Assembly: GCA_963733035.1 (NCBI GenBank)
Contig: CAVTBU010000005.1
Location: forward strand, 1,024,001 to 1,088,000
From: Pirellulales bacterium
GTDB lineage: Bacteria > Planctomycetota > Planctomycetia > Pirellulales > PALSA-1355
Direction: 5' to 3'
DNA: 64,000 nucleotides
The position numbers were made by a program, and so were the translations under genes. Of the stretch, positions 49,559 through 60,139 are shown piece by piece; within the stretch, counting starts at the first letter, position 1, and each line of letters begins with the position of its first letter. Under the pieces are notes generated by a model. That model did not search any database and was not told where the DNA came from. It saw nothing but the letters and a program-made list of their open reading frames with translations.

Positions 49559-50122
49559 GTTCGCCCTCTGCAGAAGTACGCACGTGAGGTCAAACGAAAC
49601 CGCGGACCGCGGTTCCGGAGATTGACCGTATGAAGTGAAAACGAACGAAAATGATCGGCACGCACGGCACGATGGCCGGCGAAGCATGTCCCTGAATTAC
49701 GTGTTTGTCAGACCGACAGTCGAGATGAGAATCTTTGCTTTGCCACTTTGCCGCCAAACGCAGAACGCGAAAAGTGGATCTTACGGCGGCAAGTTGCGCA
49801 GGTCACATGACCTATGGGCGACATTGTAGCGACTGCCCGGGAAAATGGAACCGCCGGGCGGGAAATGGCCGGAATTTGCGGCGAAATATGCCGTCGGTGC
49901 GCGGCGAACTGTGCCTTCGCATCTAGCCAGTTGCCCACCTTCTGTCCCGTTTGATTGTCTGGCAACCCGGCTGGCGGCTGGTTGGCCACGCTAGCACGAC
50001 GTGCAGGCGAGGGCCGCTCGAACCTCGCATTGACCCGGGACAGCGCCAGCCCTACCATTCCGCCGCTCATCAGGCGCTGCTCGCTTCCCTTTGCCCAACT
50101 CACTTTTCGAAGGACTACTGCT

Positions 50123-50908
50123 GTGCGCAGGGTAGTCATAATCGCGTCTCTGGCCGCTGCGTTGGTTCTGGCCATCGCCGGAGCATCGCTGCTAGCGGTC
50201 TATCGAGCCTCGCAGCGCGTGCCGGAATTCTACCAGGCCGCAGTGGCCGTCGAACCCGAGGCACAGCAGGAAGAGCGCGACGCCTTCGTCGCTCGAGCAA
50301 CGGCGCTGGCCAGCGACCTCAACATGGAAGGACGCTGGCAGAGCCTGTTCACGGCCGACGAAATCAATGCCTGGCTAGCGCTTGAACTCTCGACAAACTA
50401 TCCGGACTTGCTGCCGGCGGAATTGCGCGACCCGCGGATCTCGCTGGACAAGGACATGGCGACGCTCGGTTGCCAATATCGGAGCGGCGAGATGGACGCC
50501 GTCGTGACCGTGAAATTCGAGGCGTACCTGCACAGCAAGCACGTGGTCGCGATCCGCATCCATGGAGCCCGCGCAGGCTCGATTCCAGTTCCGCTGGGAA
50601 CGATTCTCGATGGCATTGCGTACGCCGCGCGGCAACTGAACCTACGCCTGGAATGGCGCCAGTCGCATGGCGACCCGGTCGCCTTAATCACGCTTCCGCC
50701 TCTGGGCGACAAGCCGTCCGAGGCGCTGTGTCTGGACGCCATCGAGATGCGCGAAGGCGAACTGTTCGTGGCCGGGACGGTCGGACGGCCGCCACTCGAG
50801 ACGAGCCCGGTCGTGCCCCAACCACTGCGCGTTCCGACCGCCAAGCTGGAGCCCAAGAGCGATCAGCCACGGATCGGCGCGGCCCCCACCGAAACGCTCC
50901 AAAAGTGA
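50123..50908 (+). CDS. Membrane-anchored hypothetical protein
   Basis: AAGGA RBS, GTG start, N-terminal TM helix, FTADEINAWLA motif. Confidence 0.75.
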   Translation: MRRVVIIASLAAALVLAIAGASLLAVYRASQRVPEFYQAAVAVEPEAQQEERDAFVARATALASDLNMEGRWQSLFTADEINAWLALELSTNYPDLLPAELRDPRISLDKDMATLGCQYRSGEMDAVVTVKFEAYLHSKHVVAIRIHGARAGSIPVPLGTILDGIAYAARQLNLRLEWRQSHGDPVALITLPPLGDKPSEALCLDAIEMREGELFVAGTVGRPPLETSPVVPQPLRVPTAKLEPKSDQPRIGAAPTETLQK

Positions 50909-51258
50909 TTGCCTCCCGTTTTTTCGAGCACGAGGCGGCAAGGGAGCCGCGGTCCGTCGAGAACCACGGTAAGCGCGTCGTTGCCAGGGACCTCGATTTG
51001 ATATTGTCCCGCATCCCAGCGAGTTACCTGGCCACGATTGCCTGAAACGGGTCCTTCGTACGTGAGATAGTCGAGTCGATGGTCCGGTAGCTGCTCGGCG
51101 TTGCAGGTGCAACCGACCGCGGGTTCGGTGGCCAGGGCCCACGACCGCAGGGCTGTTCCCCACTCGAGCATCAAATCCCAATGCGTCGAACGGCCGGGGG
51201 CCAACTGCTGACCGGCGGGCAGTTCGTGCAACAGGATTACGTATCGCGGCATGATCAT
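50863..51258 (-). CDS. Stand-alone LigD N-terminal (3'-phosphoesterase-like) domain protein
   Basis: RYVIL.H, HWDLMLE....LRSWA, DH...YL.YEG, G.V..WD.G.Y. Confidence 0.8.
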   Translation of the reverse strand: MIMPRYVILLHELPAGQQLAPGRSTHWDLMLEWGTALRSWALATEPAVGCTCNAEQLPDHRLDYLTYEGPVSGNRGQVTRWDAGQYQIEVPGNDALTVVLDGPRLPCRLVLEKTGGNHFWSVSVGAAPIRG

Positions 51259-51282
51259 CCCTTCCAGGTCGCGTCCGCGCGG

Positions 51283-51735
51283 CTACTCGTGAGCCGCCGG
51301 TTCGTCGCGCCTCTCGACGCCGAATTGCGCCAAATATCTGCGCTCGGCGTCTTGCATCGCGGTCCGCAACGCATCCGTGGCATCGTCGTATCCGACCAGG
51401 TGCAGTGTGCCATGCACGACGTACAACAGAAGCTCGTCTTCGGCCGGCCAACCAAGCCGCTCGGCTGTGCGGGCCGCGGTGTCGTTGCTGACGATCACTT
51501 CGCCTTCCAAATGGTCCCCTTCCCGCTCGAGCAGGAAGCTGAGCACGTCGGTGGCGTAATCGTGCTGGAGGTACTGTCGGTTGAGAGCGTGGATCGTCGG
51601 ATCATTGACGATGGCAATGCTCAACGCCCCCTCGCGGACGCCCGCTTCACGCAAGATGGCCGCGGCGACTTGTCGCAGACGCTGCTGATTGACTGCGAGC
51701 GTGTCCTGCTCACGGGTGACTTCGATCGTAAGCAT
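51283..51735 (-). CDS. ybeY: rRNA maturation endoribonuclease YbeY
   Basis: LNRQY, TDVLSF, GEVIVS, HGTLHLVGYDD. Confidence 0.95.
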   Translation of the reverse strand: MLTIEVTREQDTLAVNQQRLRQVAAAILREAGVREGALSIAIVNDPTIHALNRQYLQHDYATDVLSFLLEREGDHLEGEVIVSNDTAARTAERLGWPAEDELLLYVVHGTLHLVGYDDATDALRTAMQDAERRYLAQFGVERRDEPAAHE

Positions 51736-51842
51736 GACTTGCGGTGGGATGCGCCTTACGGATTGGGTCGTTGACTCGTGGTGAACTCGCTTGGTTATTC
51801 CGATTCGATACGGCGGGGCAACGCGCGCGACGGGGCATGCAC

Positions 51843-54092
51843 CTAGGCGGTGCGCTGTTGGTCGGGATATTTCACGCGGCCGTGATAGACCGCGGTGAGC
51901 GACTTAACCAGGCTGTCTTCGATCGTGGCTAGTTCCTGGAGAGTCAAGCCGCATTGATCGAATTGGCCGTCCAGTAGCCGCTTCATGGCAATATCATGAA
52001 CGAGGCTCTCGATGCGAGCGGGCGTTGGTTCGACCAGAGCGCGGCTGGCACCCTCGACGGCGTCGGCCAACATCAAGACGGCGGCTTCCTTGGTCTGCGG
52101 CTTGGGGCCAGGATAGCGGAAATTGCTCTCATCCACCTCACCGCCGTCGGGATTGGCCTCGGCGGCTCGACGGAAAAAGTATTCGACCAGCGTCGTGCCG
52201 TGATGCTGCTCAATGAAATCGATAATCGCCTTGGGAAGGCGATGCTGGCGGGCAAGGTCGGCACCGTCTTTGATGTGCGCGATGATGATCAACGTGCTCA
52301 TGGCCGGTACGAGCGCCTCGTGACGGTTGGCGTCGTGGCCTTGGTTTTCGACGAAGTAACCCGGCTTGAGCATTTTTCCGATGTCGTGGAAGTAGGCCCC
52401 CACGCGAACCAACAGCCCCTTGGCGCCGATGCTTTCGGCCGCGGCCTCGGCAATCGAGGCGACGTTGATCGAATGGTTGTAGGTTCCCGGCGCCCGGCGG
52501 ACAAGTTCCTGCAAGAGCGGGTGGGCCACGTCGCCGAGTTCCAGCAGGCTCAACTCGGTTTGCACGCCAAACAAGCTCTCGATGAAGGGGAGCAGTGCCA
52601 GCATTAGCCCGCCCGCGAACACCGAGAACAATCCATAGCGGAGCGCGTCGGGCCAAATGGCGGCGAACGGTTGGGCAGAGAGTGTCTCGACGCCTACGGT
52701 GGTCAACGACGCGACCAGGCCCACGGCCAGTCCAACGTAGATCAGCTTGCGGCGATTGCGAATGCTGCCCACCAGTAAAATCGAGGAGGCGACCGCCGAA
52801 TAGAGAATCATGAACTGCCCGAGGCCTTGTCCGGTCGTCACGACGACGATCACCGTGATCACGGCCGAAAAGAGGAGTGCCAGTTCGCGGTGAAATGCAA
52901 TTGAAAGCGTCAGGCCAAACACGATCAGCGGCACGATCTCGGCCCGAATCGTGTCGACCGAGGCCAGGACCGACAATCCGACCGTGACGACGATTAGCCC
53001 CAGCGTCGTGGCGAACTGTCGCAGGTTGTCGACGAGCTTCGGCTCGTAATTCAGTACGTAGACTCCACACAGGATCGACAAGGCGACAAACATTCCCAGC
53101 GAGGCGAGAGAATAGGCCAGCCGCTGGCTGATCGTGCGATTCTTGAGATAGGCATCGTGTTCGAGTTGCAACAGCGATAAATCGTCAAGCGGCTTGCCGG
53201 CCGGGACCAGCAGGTCGCCGACGATGTATTTGTGATACACCGGACCGACCGCGTCCTCCGCCCGCTTTTGCGCCAGCCGCGTTTCGGTCTCGTTTCGCTT
53301 AAGCGTGGTCGGCAGGCGACTACGGAGCCAGGTGAAGACGCGGGTTGCCAGCTCGGGAGAGTCAAGCCGTTCGGCCAGCCCCTTCTTCAACCAGTCGGCC
53401 TCTCCGATCAAAACGTCGCTGACCCTGACCAGTTGCCGTTGATCCGGATGACCGGCGGGAATGACGACGATTTCCTGCTGATTCCCTTCGTTGGGCTCCT
53501 GCGGAAGCTTTTCCATGATGCCCCGCTGCTCATACGGCGCGAGCACTTCGGCAACGGCTCGTTCCAGTTTGTCCAAGGCTTCGGGCGTCGAGAGGGCGCC
53601 GCGCAGGAGCTGAAATCGCTGTTCCTGTTCGTCGGGGGTCAGCGTGGGCGCCCCGGAGCCGGGGGGCGGAAAGAACTCATCCCAGACTTTCTTATCCAAA
53701 TCGGCCAGCGATTTGGCCCCGGCCAATTGCACGGCTTGATTGTGCAAGGCCGCCCGCAACTGCGTCAGTTCGTCGACGTCGTGGTCGTAAACAAAGCTGA
53801 CTTTGTTGGCGGCCAGCGCCTTGGCTTCGCGAGTTTTGTCGGGATCGATTTTTTCAAAGGGGACTTTGGCCACGATGTTGCGTGGCGGGGTGAAGTCGCG
53901 TTGGTACTCGAGTGGGACGGACCAGGAGAGCGTGACGCACCACAATGCGAGGACGGTAAGCAGGCACAGTCCCAGTCGCAGCAAGACGTCGCCGCGTTTG
54001 AGATAGGCCAGCGCGCGCCCCACGGTTCCGGGAGGCAATTCGAGCGCCGCCACCCGCTCCGACCGCTTACGTTTTTGCGTACCGTTTGCCAT
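51843..54092 (-). CDS. 7TM-HDIG phosphohydrolase (PgpH/YqfF-like)
   Basis: Extracellular domain plus 7 TM, APGTYNHS, HDIGK, HHGT, YPGPKP, LAD.VE; phoH-X-ybeY synteny. Confidence 0.92.
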   Translation of the reverse strand: MANGTQKRKRSERVAALELPPGTVGRALAYLKRGDVLLRLGLCLLTVLALWCVTLSWSVPLEYQRDFTPPRNIVAKVPFEKIDPDKTREAKALAANKVSFVYDHDVDELTQLRAALHNQAVQLAGAKSLADLDKKVWDEFFPPPGSGAPTLTPDEQEQRFQLLRGALSTPEALDKLERAVAEVLAPYEQRGIMEKLPQEPNEGNQQEIVVIPAGHPDQRQLVRVSDVLIGEADWLKKGLAERLDSPELATRVFTWLRSRLPTTLKRNETETRLAQKRAEDAVGPVYHKYIVGDLLVPAGKPLDDLSLLQLEHDAYLKNRTISQRLAYSLASLGMFVALSILCGVYVLNYEPKLVDNLRQFATTLGLIVVTVGLSVLASVDTIRAEIVPLIVFGLTLSIAFHRELALLFSAVITVIVVVTTGQGLGQFMILYSAVASSILLVGSIRNRRKLIYVGLAVGLVASLTTVGVETLSAQPFAAIWPDALRYGLFSVFAGGLMLALLPFIESLFGVQTELSLLELGDVAHPLLQELVRRAPGTYNHSINVASIAEAAAESIGAKGLLVRVGAYFHDIGKMLKPGYFVENQGHDANRHEALVPAMSTLIIIAHIKDGADLARQHRLPKAIIDFIEQHHGTTLVEYFFRRAAEANPDGGEVDESNFRYPGPKPQTKEAAVLMLADAVEGASRALVEPTPARIESLVHDIAMKRLLDGQFDQCGLTLQELATIEDSLVKSLTAVYHGRVKYPDQQRTA

Positions 54093-54113
54093 GCGCGTTC
54101 GTGGGCCGGCGAC

Positions 54114-55064
<951 letters not shown>

Positions 55065-55284
55065 TAAACAAAAACGGCGGCACGGAGGCCGCACGCCCAA
55101 AACCTCAAGGGTCAATCGGTATCCTAAATATAGCGGATTGGTGCACGCAGGCGAAGGAGATTCTGGCCATCGCTCGCCGTAAGCAATCGCAGGCCAAGGA
55201 TTTGCGAAGACCTGTAGGGGATCTGGGGGAAATAGGGACTCGCGGCCCGCCGTGGGAATGCGCATCTTCGGCGCGCCGACCAAC

Positions 55285-55974
55285 CTAGCCGCCCGGGTCC
55301 TCAGAGGGCGTGTTGGCTGGTGGGGCCCAACGAGGATCGTGGCGATAGACCCAATACGAGTAGACGACCAAGCCGGCCAATCCGACGCCGCCGACTACGA
55401 GCGTAACCGCTAGATACCAACCAGCACGCACCACGCCAATCGCCGCCACCATTGGCCCAAGCAATAGGAAAAGCCAACCGCCGACGCGATGGGTCTTTTT
55501 CCAGGCAAGATCGCTGGAGAGCGTCCAAGGAGTGCGGATCCCTACGAACCAGTTTGGCTGCAGTCGGTGCACCAAACTCCCCAAGACTACGAACAGGCCC
55601 CCAACTCCCAGCGAAATCACAAGCCCAACGTCGATGGGCTGACCAAAAGCGGCTAGTAGCGTCGCGCCATACAGCAGCGTCAGAAACATGACCAGCGTAA
55701 CACGAATCGCGAGGTACGTTCCTTCGAATCGGACATAGTTCGCGTATCGCGGGTCGATCCTGGGGAGCCAGAGCAGCAGCAGGTAGATCCCAAGCGTGAT
55801 CGCTGGCACCAGCAATAGTCCAGTCGCTTTGCCGGCGTAGCCGTCCACCTCTCCCTGGAGGTTCCAGTGGACGGGAAGTCGATCGGGCGCGAAAGGCCAT
55901 GCCGCGATCGCAGCCAGGAACATCGCCGCAATGAAAACCAGCTGCGGTAATTCGCTTCGCCAGGTTATATGCAT
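55285..55974 (-). CDS. SdpI/DUF1648-family membrane protein
   Basis: P.RLPVHWN..GEVDGY, PNWFVGIRTPWTLSS..AW.KTHR. Confidence 0.9.
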   Translation of the reverse strand: MHITWRSELPQLVFIAAMFLAAIAAWPFAPDRLPVHWNLQGEVDGYAGKATGLLLVPAITLGIYLLLLWLPRIDPRYANYVRFEGTYLAIRVTLVMFLTLLYGATLLAAFGQPIDVGLVISLGVGGLFVVLGSLVHRLQPNWFVGIRTPWTLSSDLAWKKTHRVGGWLFLLLGPMVAAIGVVRAGWYLAVTLVVGGVGLAGLVVYSYWVYRHDPRWAPPANTPSEDPGG

Positions 55975-55995
55975 CTCGGCAATCCAGTGCGCCCG

Positions 55996-56467
55996 TCAGG
56001 TCGCAGGCGCTGTAGCGGCGTGGACTTCGGACCCTTGAATTACAAACTGGCGCTTCAGAGCCGGCGCGCAGCACAAAGTACGTCAGCAAACCTACCGGTC
56101 CCATCATGAACGTCAGGAACAAGCACGGGATGACCAGCAGGTGAGGGATGCCCAGACGGCGGGCATCGCGCACTTCCCAACTGCCGACGAACAAATCGAA
56201 CGCCAGGTAGTGAATCCACGCGGCCAGCAGCATGCCGTCGATCGAGAGTGCGTTCTGCACCCCGGCGAGCGAACCAAAGGCACCGAATCCCTCGGGCACT
56301 TCGCGGAAATACTGGATGAACAAAACCAGGTAGGTTGCCCCCAGAATCGCCGGCAGCAAGGCGGCCGAGACCGTCTGGGTCCACTTCCAGCCCGGCAGCA
56401 TCACCAGCAACAACCAGCCGGGCAGCGCAACCCAACCCACAATGTCAAACAGTCGAGCGAGATCCAC
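55996..56467 (-). CDS. ABA4-like/DUF4281 membrane protein (apparent frameshift near 56062)
   Basis: GW.LL, FGSLAGV, WIHYLAFDLFVG.W, P.L.LTFM.GP.GLL; as written the frame runs on through the next gene, while a shifted frame ends LKRQFV...APAT* at 55996. Confidence 0.85.
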
Positions 56468-56588
56468 CGGTAATCTCCTGCAAGTGCGATGAGGTGCTAC
56501 GCTGGCAAATGCCAGGGGCTTCGAAATGCGTCAGCAGTATAACAAATGCCAAGCCGCGAGCACCCAGTCACTGGCATGCCAACCGGAT

Positions 56589-58250
56589 TCAATCCTGGAT
56601 GGGCGTGCCCCAATCGGCCGTGAACTGAGCGTGGCACTTGTTGCACTCCACCCGCCGCCCAAGATGTTCGGCTTTCAATTTGCTGACCTGGCCGCACCCG
56701 GAGCATGTAACATTTACATGGAGGTCATGCGCCACTTCCGCGTCGATCGCGCTGTCGGGAACTCCGCGAAAGACGACGTCGCTCGGCTCCAAGCGTGTCA
56801 GCAGGTCCTTGGTGAGCGGCACGATATCGGCCACGCGGTTGGCAAGACGGCGGATTGCATGCTCGAACACGTTGCGCACCAGTCGCCCGTTGCCAAAATG
56901 TTGGTCGCGATGTGCGACGAGATAGTTGAACCCCAGAATCAATCTGGCCCGCGTCTCGGGGGGCAACAGATAGTGGTTCTTTTCGCATAGCAGCTGCATG
57001 ATTCGGCAGAGCTCGACGACCGTGTAGTCTGGAAAAACCAGCGTGCGTTGAAACCGCGAGGCCAGGCCGGGGTTGGTGGCCAGCAGCCGCTCCATCTCGG
57101 CCGGGTAGCCCGCCAGCACAACGACCAAACGATTGCGATCGTCCTCCATGCGTTTGAGCAGGATCTGCACGGCTTCGTGCCCGTACGGGTCATCGCCTTC
57201 GTCGCTTACCAGGCTGTACGCTTCGTCGATGAACAGCACACCGTCGAGCGCCGTGTCGACGACGCGATTCGTGCGTTCGGCGGTTTGGCCCACATAGCCG
57301 GCCACCAGGGCCGAGCGATCGGCTTCGATCAAGTGGCCGCGCGAGACGATTCCGAGTGCACCGAACACCTCGCCCAAGATTCGTGCCACGGACGTTTTGC
57401 CGGTTCCCGGATTGCCGGCGAAGACCGTGTGAATGCTGACTTGCGTGCGCGGCAGGCCAGCTTTCTCGCGCTGCTGCTGCACCTGCAAGAAGCGGGTTAG
57501 CTCGTGAACTTCGGTCTTGATCGCCTCCAGGCCGATCAGTTCGTCGAGCGAACGCAAAGCCGCTTGCAGACGTTCTTCGTCGGTGGGTGGATGGACCGCG
57601 GCGGCCGGGCGAGTCGCGGAAGCGATTGTTGGTTCTTCGATCGGCGAGATATCCAAGAGCGGCTCCTCGTGTCGGGGGCGCACCATGGGCGGATACACCA
57701 TGCTCTCGCCGGCTTCGAGCGGCACGGGACGCAAGTGCCTGTGGACCTCGGCCAGAATGCCCTTGAGCTGCACGGTCTCTTCCGGAGCCAGCGTGCCGTC
57801 GGCCTTGGCAACCAGGTTGCCGAGCCGCATGACGACGGTCTCGACTTCGCCCACCCGCTCTCGAAGCGCCGGCACGGCCTCGAACGGTCGCAAGAGGCGA
57901 TACCAGTCGAACTTGTCGGCCATCGGCACCAGCTCCTGCAAAACGGCTCCAATCTCGTCCGGCGGAAACTCGCGTCCCCACAGCTTGGCGATGAGGACTT
58001 GCGCGAGCTGCCGTTCCTGCGTGGTAAACCGCCGGTCGGCCTGCATGATCGTCAGATAGATCTTGATCACCAACCCGCGGGCAAGATCCTCCATCAGCCC
58101 CAACTTGGACTCCCAAGTGCCGGCCGCGGCGCCGGTCGAGAGGCTTTGATTCCAGGCCAGGGCGCTCGATCGATAGAGTTCGAGGCAATCGTCGACGGCC
58201 TGGCTGAAACTGGAGACGTGTGAATCGCGCTGGTCAACCGATTTGGGCAT
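56589..58250 (-). CDS. CbxX/SpoVK-type AAA+ ATPase with N-terminal TerB-like region and C-terminal Zn ribbon
   Basis: LIGL..IK, GNPGTGKT, LV.GYVGQTA, LFIDEAYSL, NPGL.SRF, FGNGR.VRN; QADRRF..QE and KADG.L..EE motifs; CSGC/CNKC; start 58250 or 58295. Confidence 0.9.
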   Translation of the reverse strand: MPKSVDQRDSHVSSFSQAVDDCLELYRSSALAWNQSLSTGAAAGTWESKLGLMEDLARGLVIKIYLTIMQADRRFTTQERQLAQVLIAKLWGREFPPDEIGAVLQELVPMADKFDWYRLLRPFEAVPALRERVGEVETVVMRLGNLVAKADGTLAPEETVQLKGILAEVHRHLRPVPLEAGESMVYPPMVRPRHEEPLLDISPIEEPTIASATRPAAAVHPPTDEERLQAALRSLDELIGLEAIKTEVHELTRFLQVQQQREKAGLPRTQVSIHTVFAGNPGTGKTSVARILGEVFGALGIVSRGHLIEADRSALVAGYVGQTAERTNRVVDTALDGVLFIDEAYSLVSDEGDDPYGHEAVQILLKRMEDDRNRLVVVLAGYPAEMERLLATNPGLASRFQRTLVFPDYTVVELCRIMQLLCEKNHYLLPPETRARLILGFNYLVAHRDQHFGNGRLVRNVFEHAIRRLANRVADIVPLTKDLLTRLEPSDVVFRGVPDSAIDAEVAHDLHVNVTCSGCGQVSKLKAEHLGRRVECNKCHAQFTADWGTPIQD

Positions 58251-59317
58251 CGTCCACACGTGCTGGGAAGGGGGGCGGTCCGGCAACTGGCTCATTATAC
58301 CGCATACCGCTTGGGATACGGAAATCGACGCGAGTCGCTCGCCCGCGCGAATCCGTTCCGATTGAAACGGTCCCGGCGGCCAAGCGTCAACCAAAGGACG
58401 AGGCCAGAGGTGGATCGATTCGGCAGGCGCGGAAAGAAATGCGTGCAGAATGAGCGCATGGCCCGATTGACCAACAAAAAGTTTGGTGCGGCTGCTCTTT
58501 GGACGAGCCGGGATTGTTCTTTAAAGTTGGTTAGACACGTGATCACTCCTCGATCATCGGCCAAAGAGCAGCTGGTGCACGCGGGATGATACCCGTCACT
58601 CGTCTGAGGCGTTAAGTGCCCGGCATTTCCAATCCATCCCTCACTGGGCCGGGTGGTTTCTCAGACACGGGCGGACAAGCCTGGGGCAACGACTCCCACA
58701 TGCCGCCGACTTTCGGCGAGCACGATCGGAGCGGCGTGAATCAACGAGACGAAAAACACTGCGGCTGGCGCCCGCCGCAGGGCATTTGTCCCAAGCACGG
58801 GGCCAAGACGTCCCCGTCTCAACGAAACGCTACGCTTCGCGTGACCACGCCTGGCCACCAGACTGAAACGCATTGTGCGGGAAGTGGTGGCTCGATTTCA
58901 AGGAAAGATTCTTCGCGAGCGATTCACGAGACAACGAGCCCGCTGCCGGTGCTGTTGAGAGTCTTTCGTCTATCGGCTGGGCTGCAGCCATACCGTGGAT
59001 CGCCCCACGCAAGTCGTCATCTGATAGTCAAGCACGTGAATATTGCACCCAAGGCTTCTAGACGCCGCGCGGCAGCGCAAGGCCGCTGAAACGGGTTGCC
59101 AGTGAAGAAAGTTGCGAGGGTTTCAAAATCACTCGCACAAGTCACCGCAAAACGTTTTTCGAAAACGCAGGTGAAATCGAGCCACCACTTCCGCTAAGCT
59201 CGCAAGCAATCAACACAACTGGGTATTGAAAGAGCCTGGGCCCACTAGCCAGGTATCGGCAGAGCCCGCTTCCGGATTCATTTCGGCGGCGGGCTCGTTG
59301 CATTTAGGGAGCTTGCC

Positions 59318-60088
59318 ATGACACGTCGCGATCTTGACGATTCAATGCCCGACGACGATCTGTCGGCCAAATCAATCGATCCAACGGCATCAATCGAGCA
59401 ATCGGCCAATGATTCCACGATCGACGAGGCGCGAAGCGATGAAGAAGCGGACGCCGGTGACACATCTGGTGAAATTGGAACTGACGATGCGGAGAGCCCC
59501 GAGGCAAGTGCCTTTTTGAACGCGGTGTCGGCCTCCCTGAATGCACAGGATAAGACAGATAGTGAAGCGGCACACAACGCCGCTGATGACGGCAGTTCGA
59601 ATCCGGCAGTCCTCGGGAATGACTCCACGAACGCGGCCGATTCGAAGACAGCCGCTAAAGCCGAACCGGCCCAAGAGGAACTGCGGAGGTCCAGCGGAAA
59701 GAAATTCGACTTTGGCCCGCGGCGGCTTCCACCCCCGACTCCGTTTGAACAGTTGGTGATGGATATGTCGGCCGCACGCCGGGCGGGTCCATCGCCTCCG
59801 TCGGCAGCACCGGAAGCATCCCCGCCAGTTCACTCCGCGTTTGCGCCGTCAGAGTCGCGGCCAAGCTTTGCGTTGTCGCCTTCGATCGAGTCGGCCGCCG
59901 GGGCGTTCACGGTCAATGTGCAGGTCAGCCTGACCGACGAGGCGATTCGCCGAGTTGCGGAGGCGGCCGTCCGAGAGCTAGCCGGCGTGAGTCACAAACA
60001 GCTGGAGATCGTGGCCAAACGCCTGTTCGACCTCGATCAGGAGATCTTTGCCCGCGAGGCCAATCGACGCGCCTTGTATCGCTACTGA
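59318..60088 (+). CDS. Hypothetical protein with acidic low-complexity N-terminus
   Basis: GGGAG RBS; D/S/E-rich N-half, helical C-terminus; directly upstream of the toxin. Confidence 0.7.
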   Translation: MTRRDLDDSMPDDDLSAKSIDPTASIEQSANDSTIDEARSDEEADAGDTSGEIGTDDAESPEASAFLNAVSASLNAQDKTDSEAAHNAADDGSSNPAVLGNDSTNAADSKTAAKAEPAQEELRRSSGKKFDFGPRRLPPPTPFEQLVMDMSAARRAGPSPPSAAPEASPPVHSAFAPSESRPSFALSPSIESAAGAFTVNVQVSLTDEAIRRVAEAAVRELAGVSHKQLEIVAKRLFDLDQEIFAREANRRALYRY

Positions 60089-60139
60089 TCGCTCTGAGCT
60101 TTAGGAATCACGGACGTCGCAGGCCTTCACGGGCAGCCC

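Noticed and set aside
55301..56467. 388-aa ABA4-like ORF overlapping the SdpI gene
   Set aside because: The extension after LRAG is Arg-rich out-of-frame sequence, best explained by a 1-nt indel.
59590..59610. GTTCGAATCC tRNA T-loop-like motif (similar one near 38847)
   Set aside because: No cloverleaf in the flanking sequence; the first lies inside a CDS.
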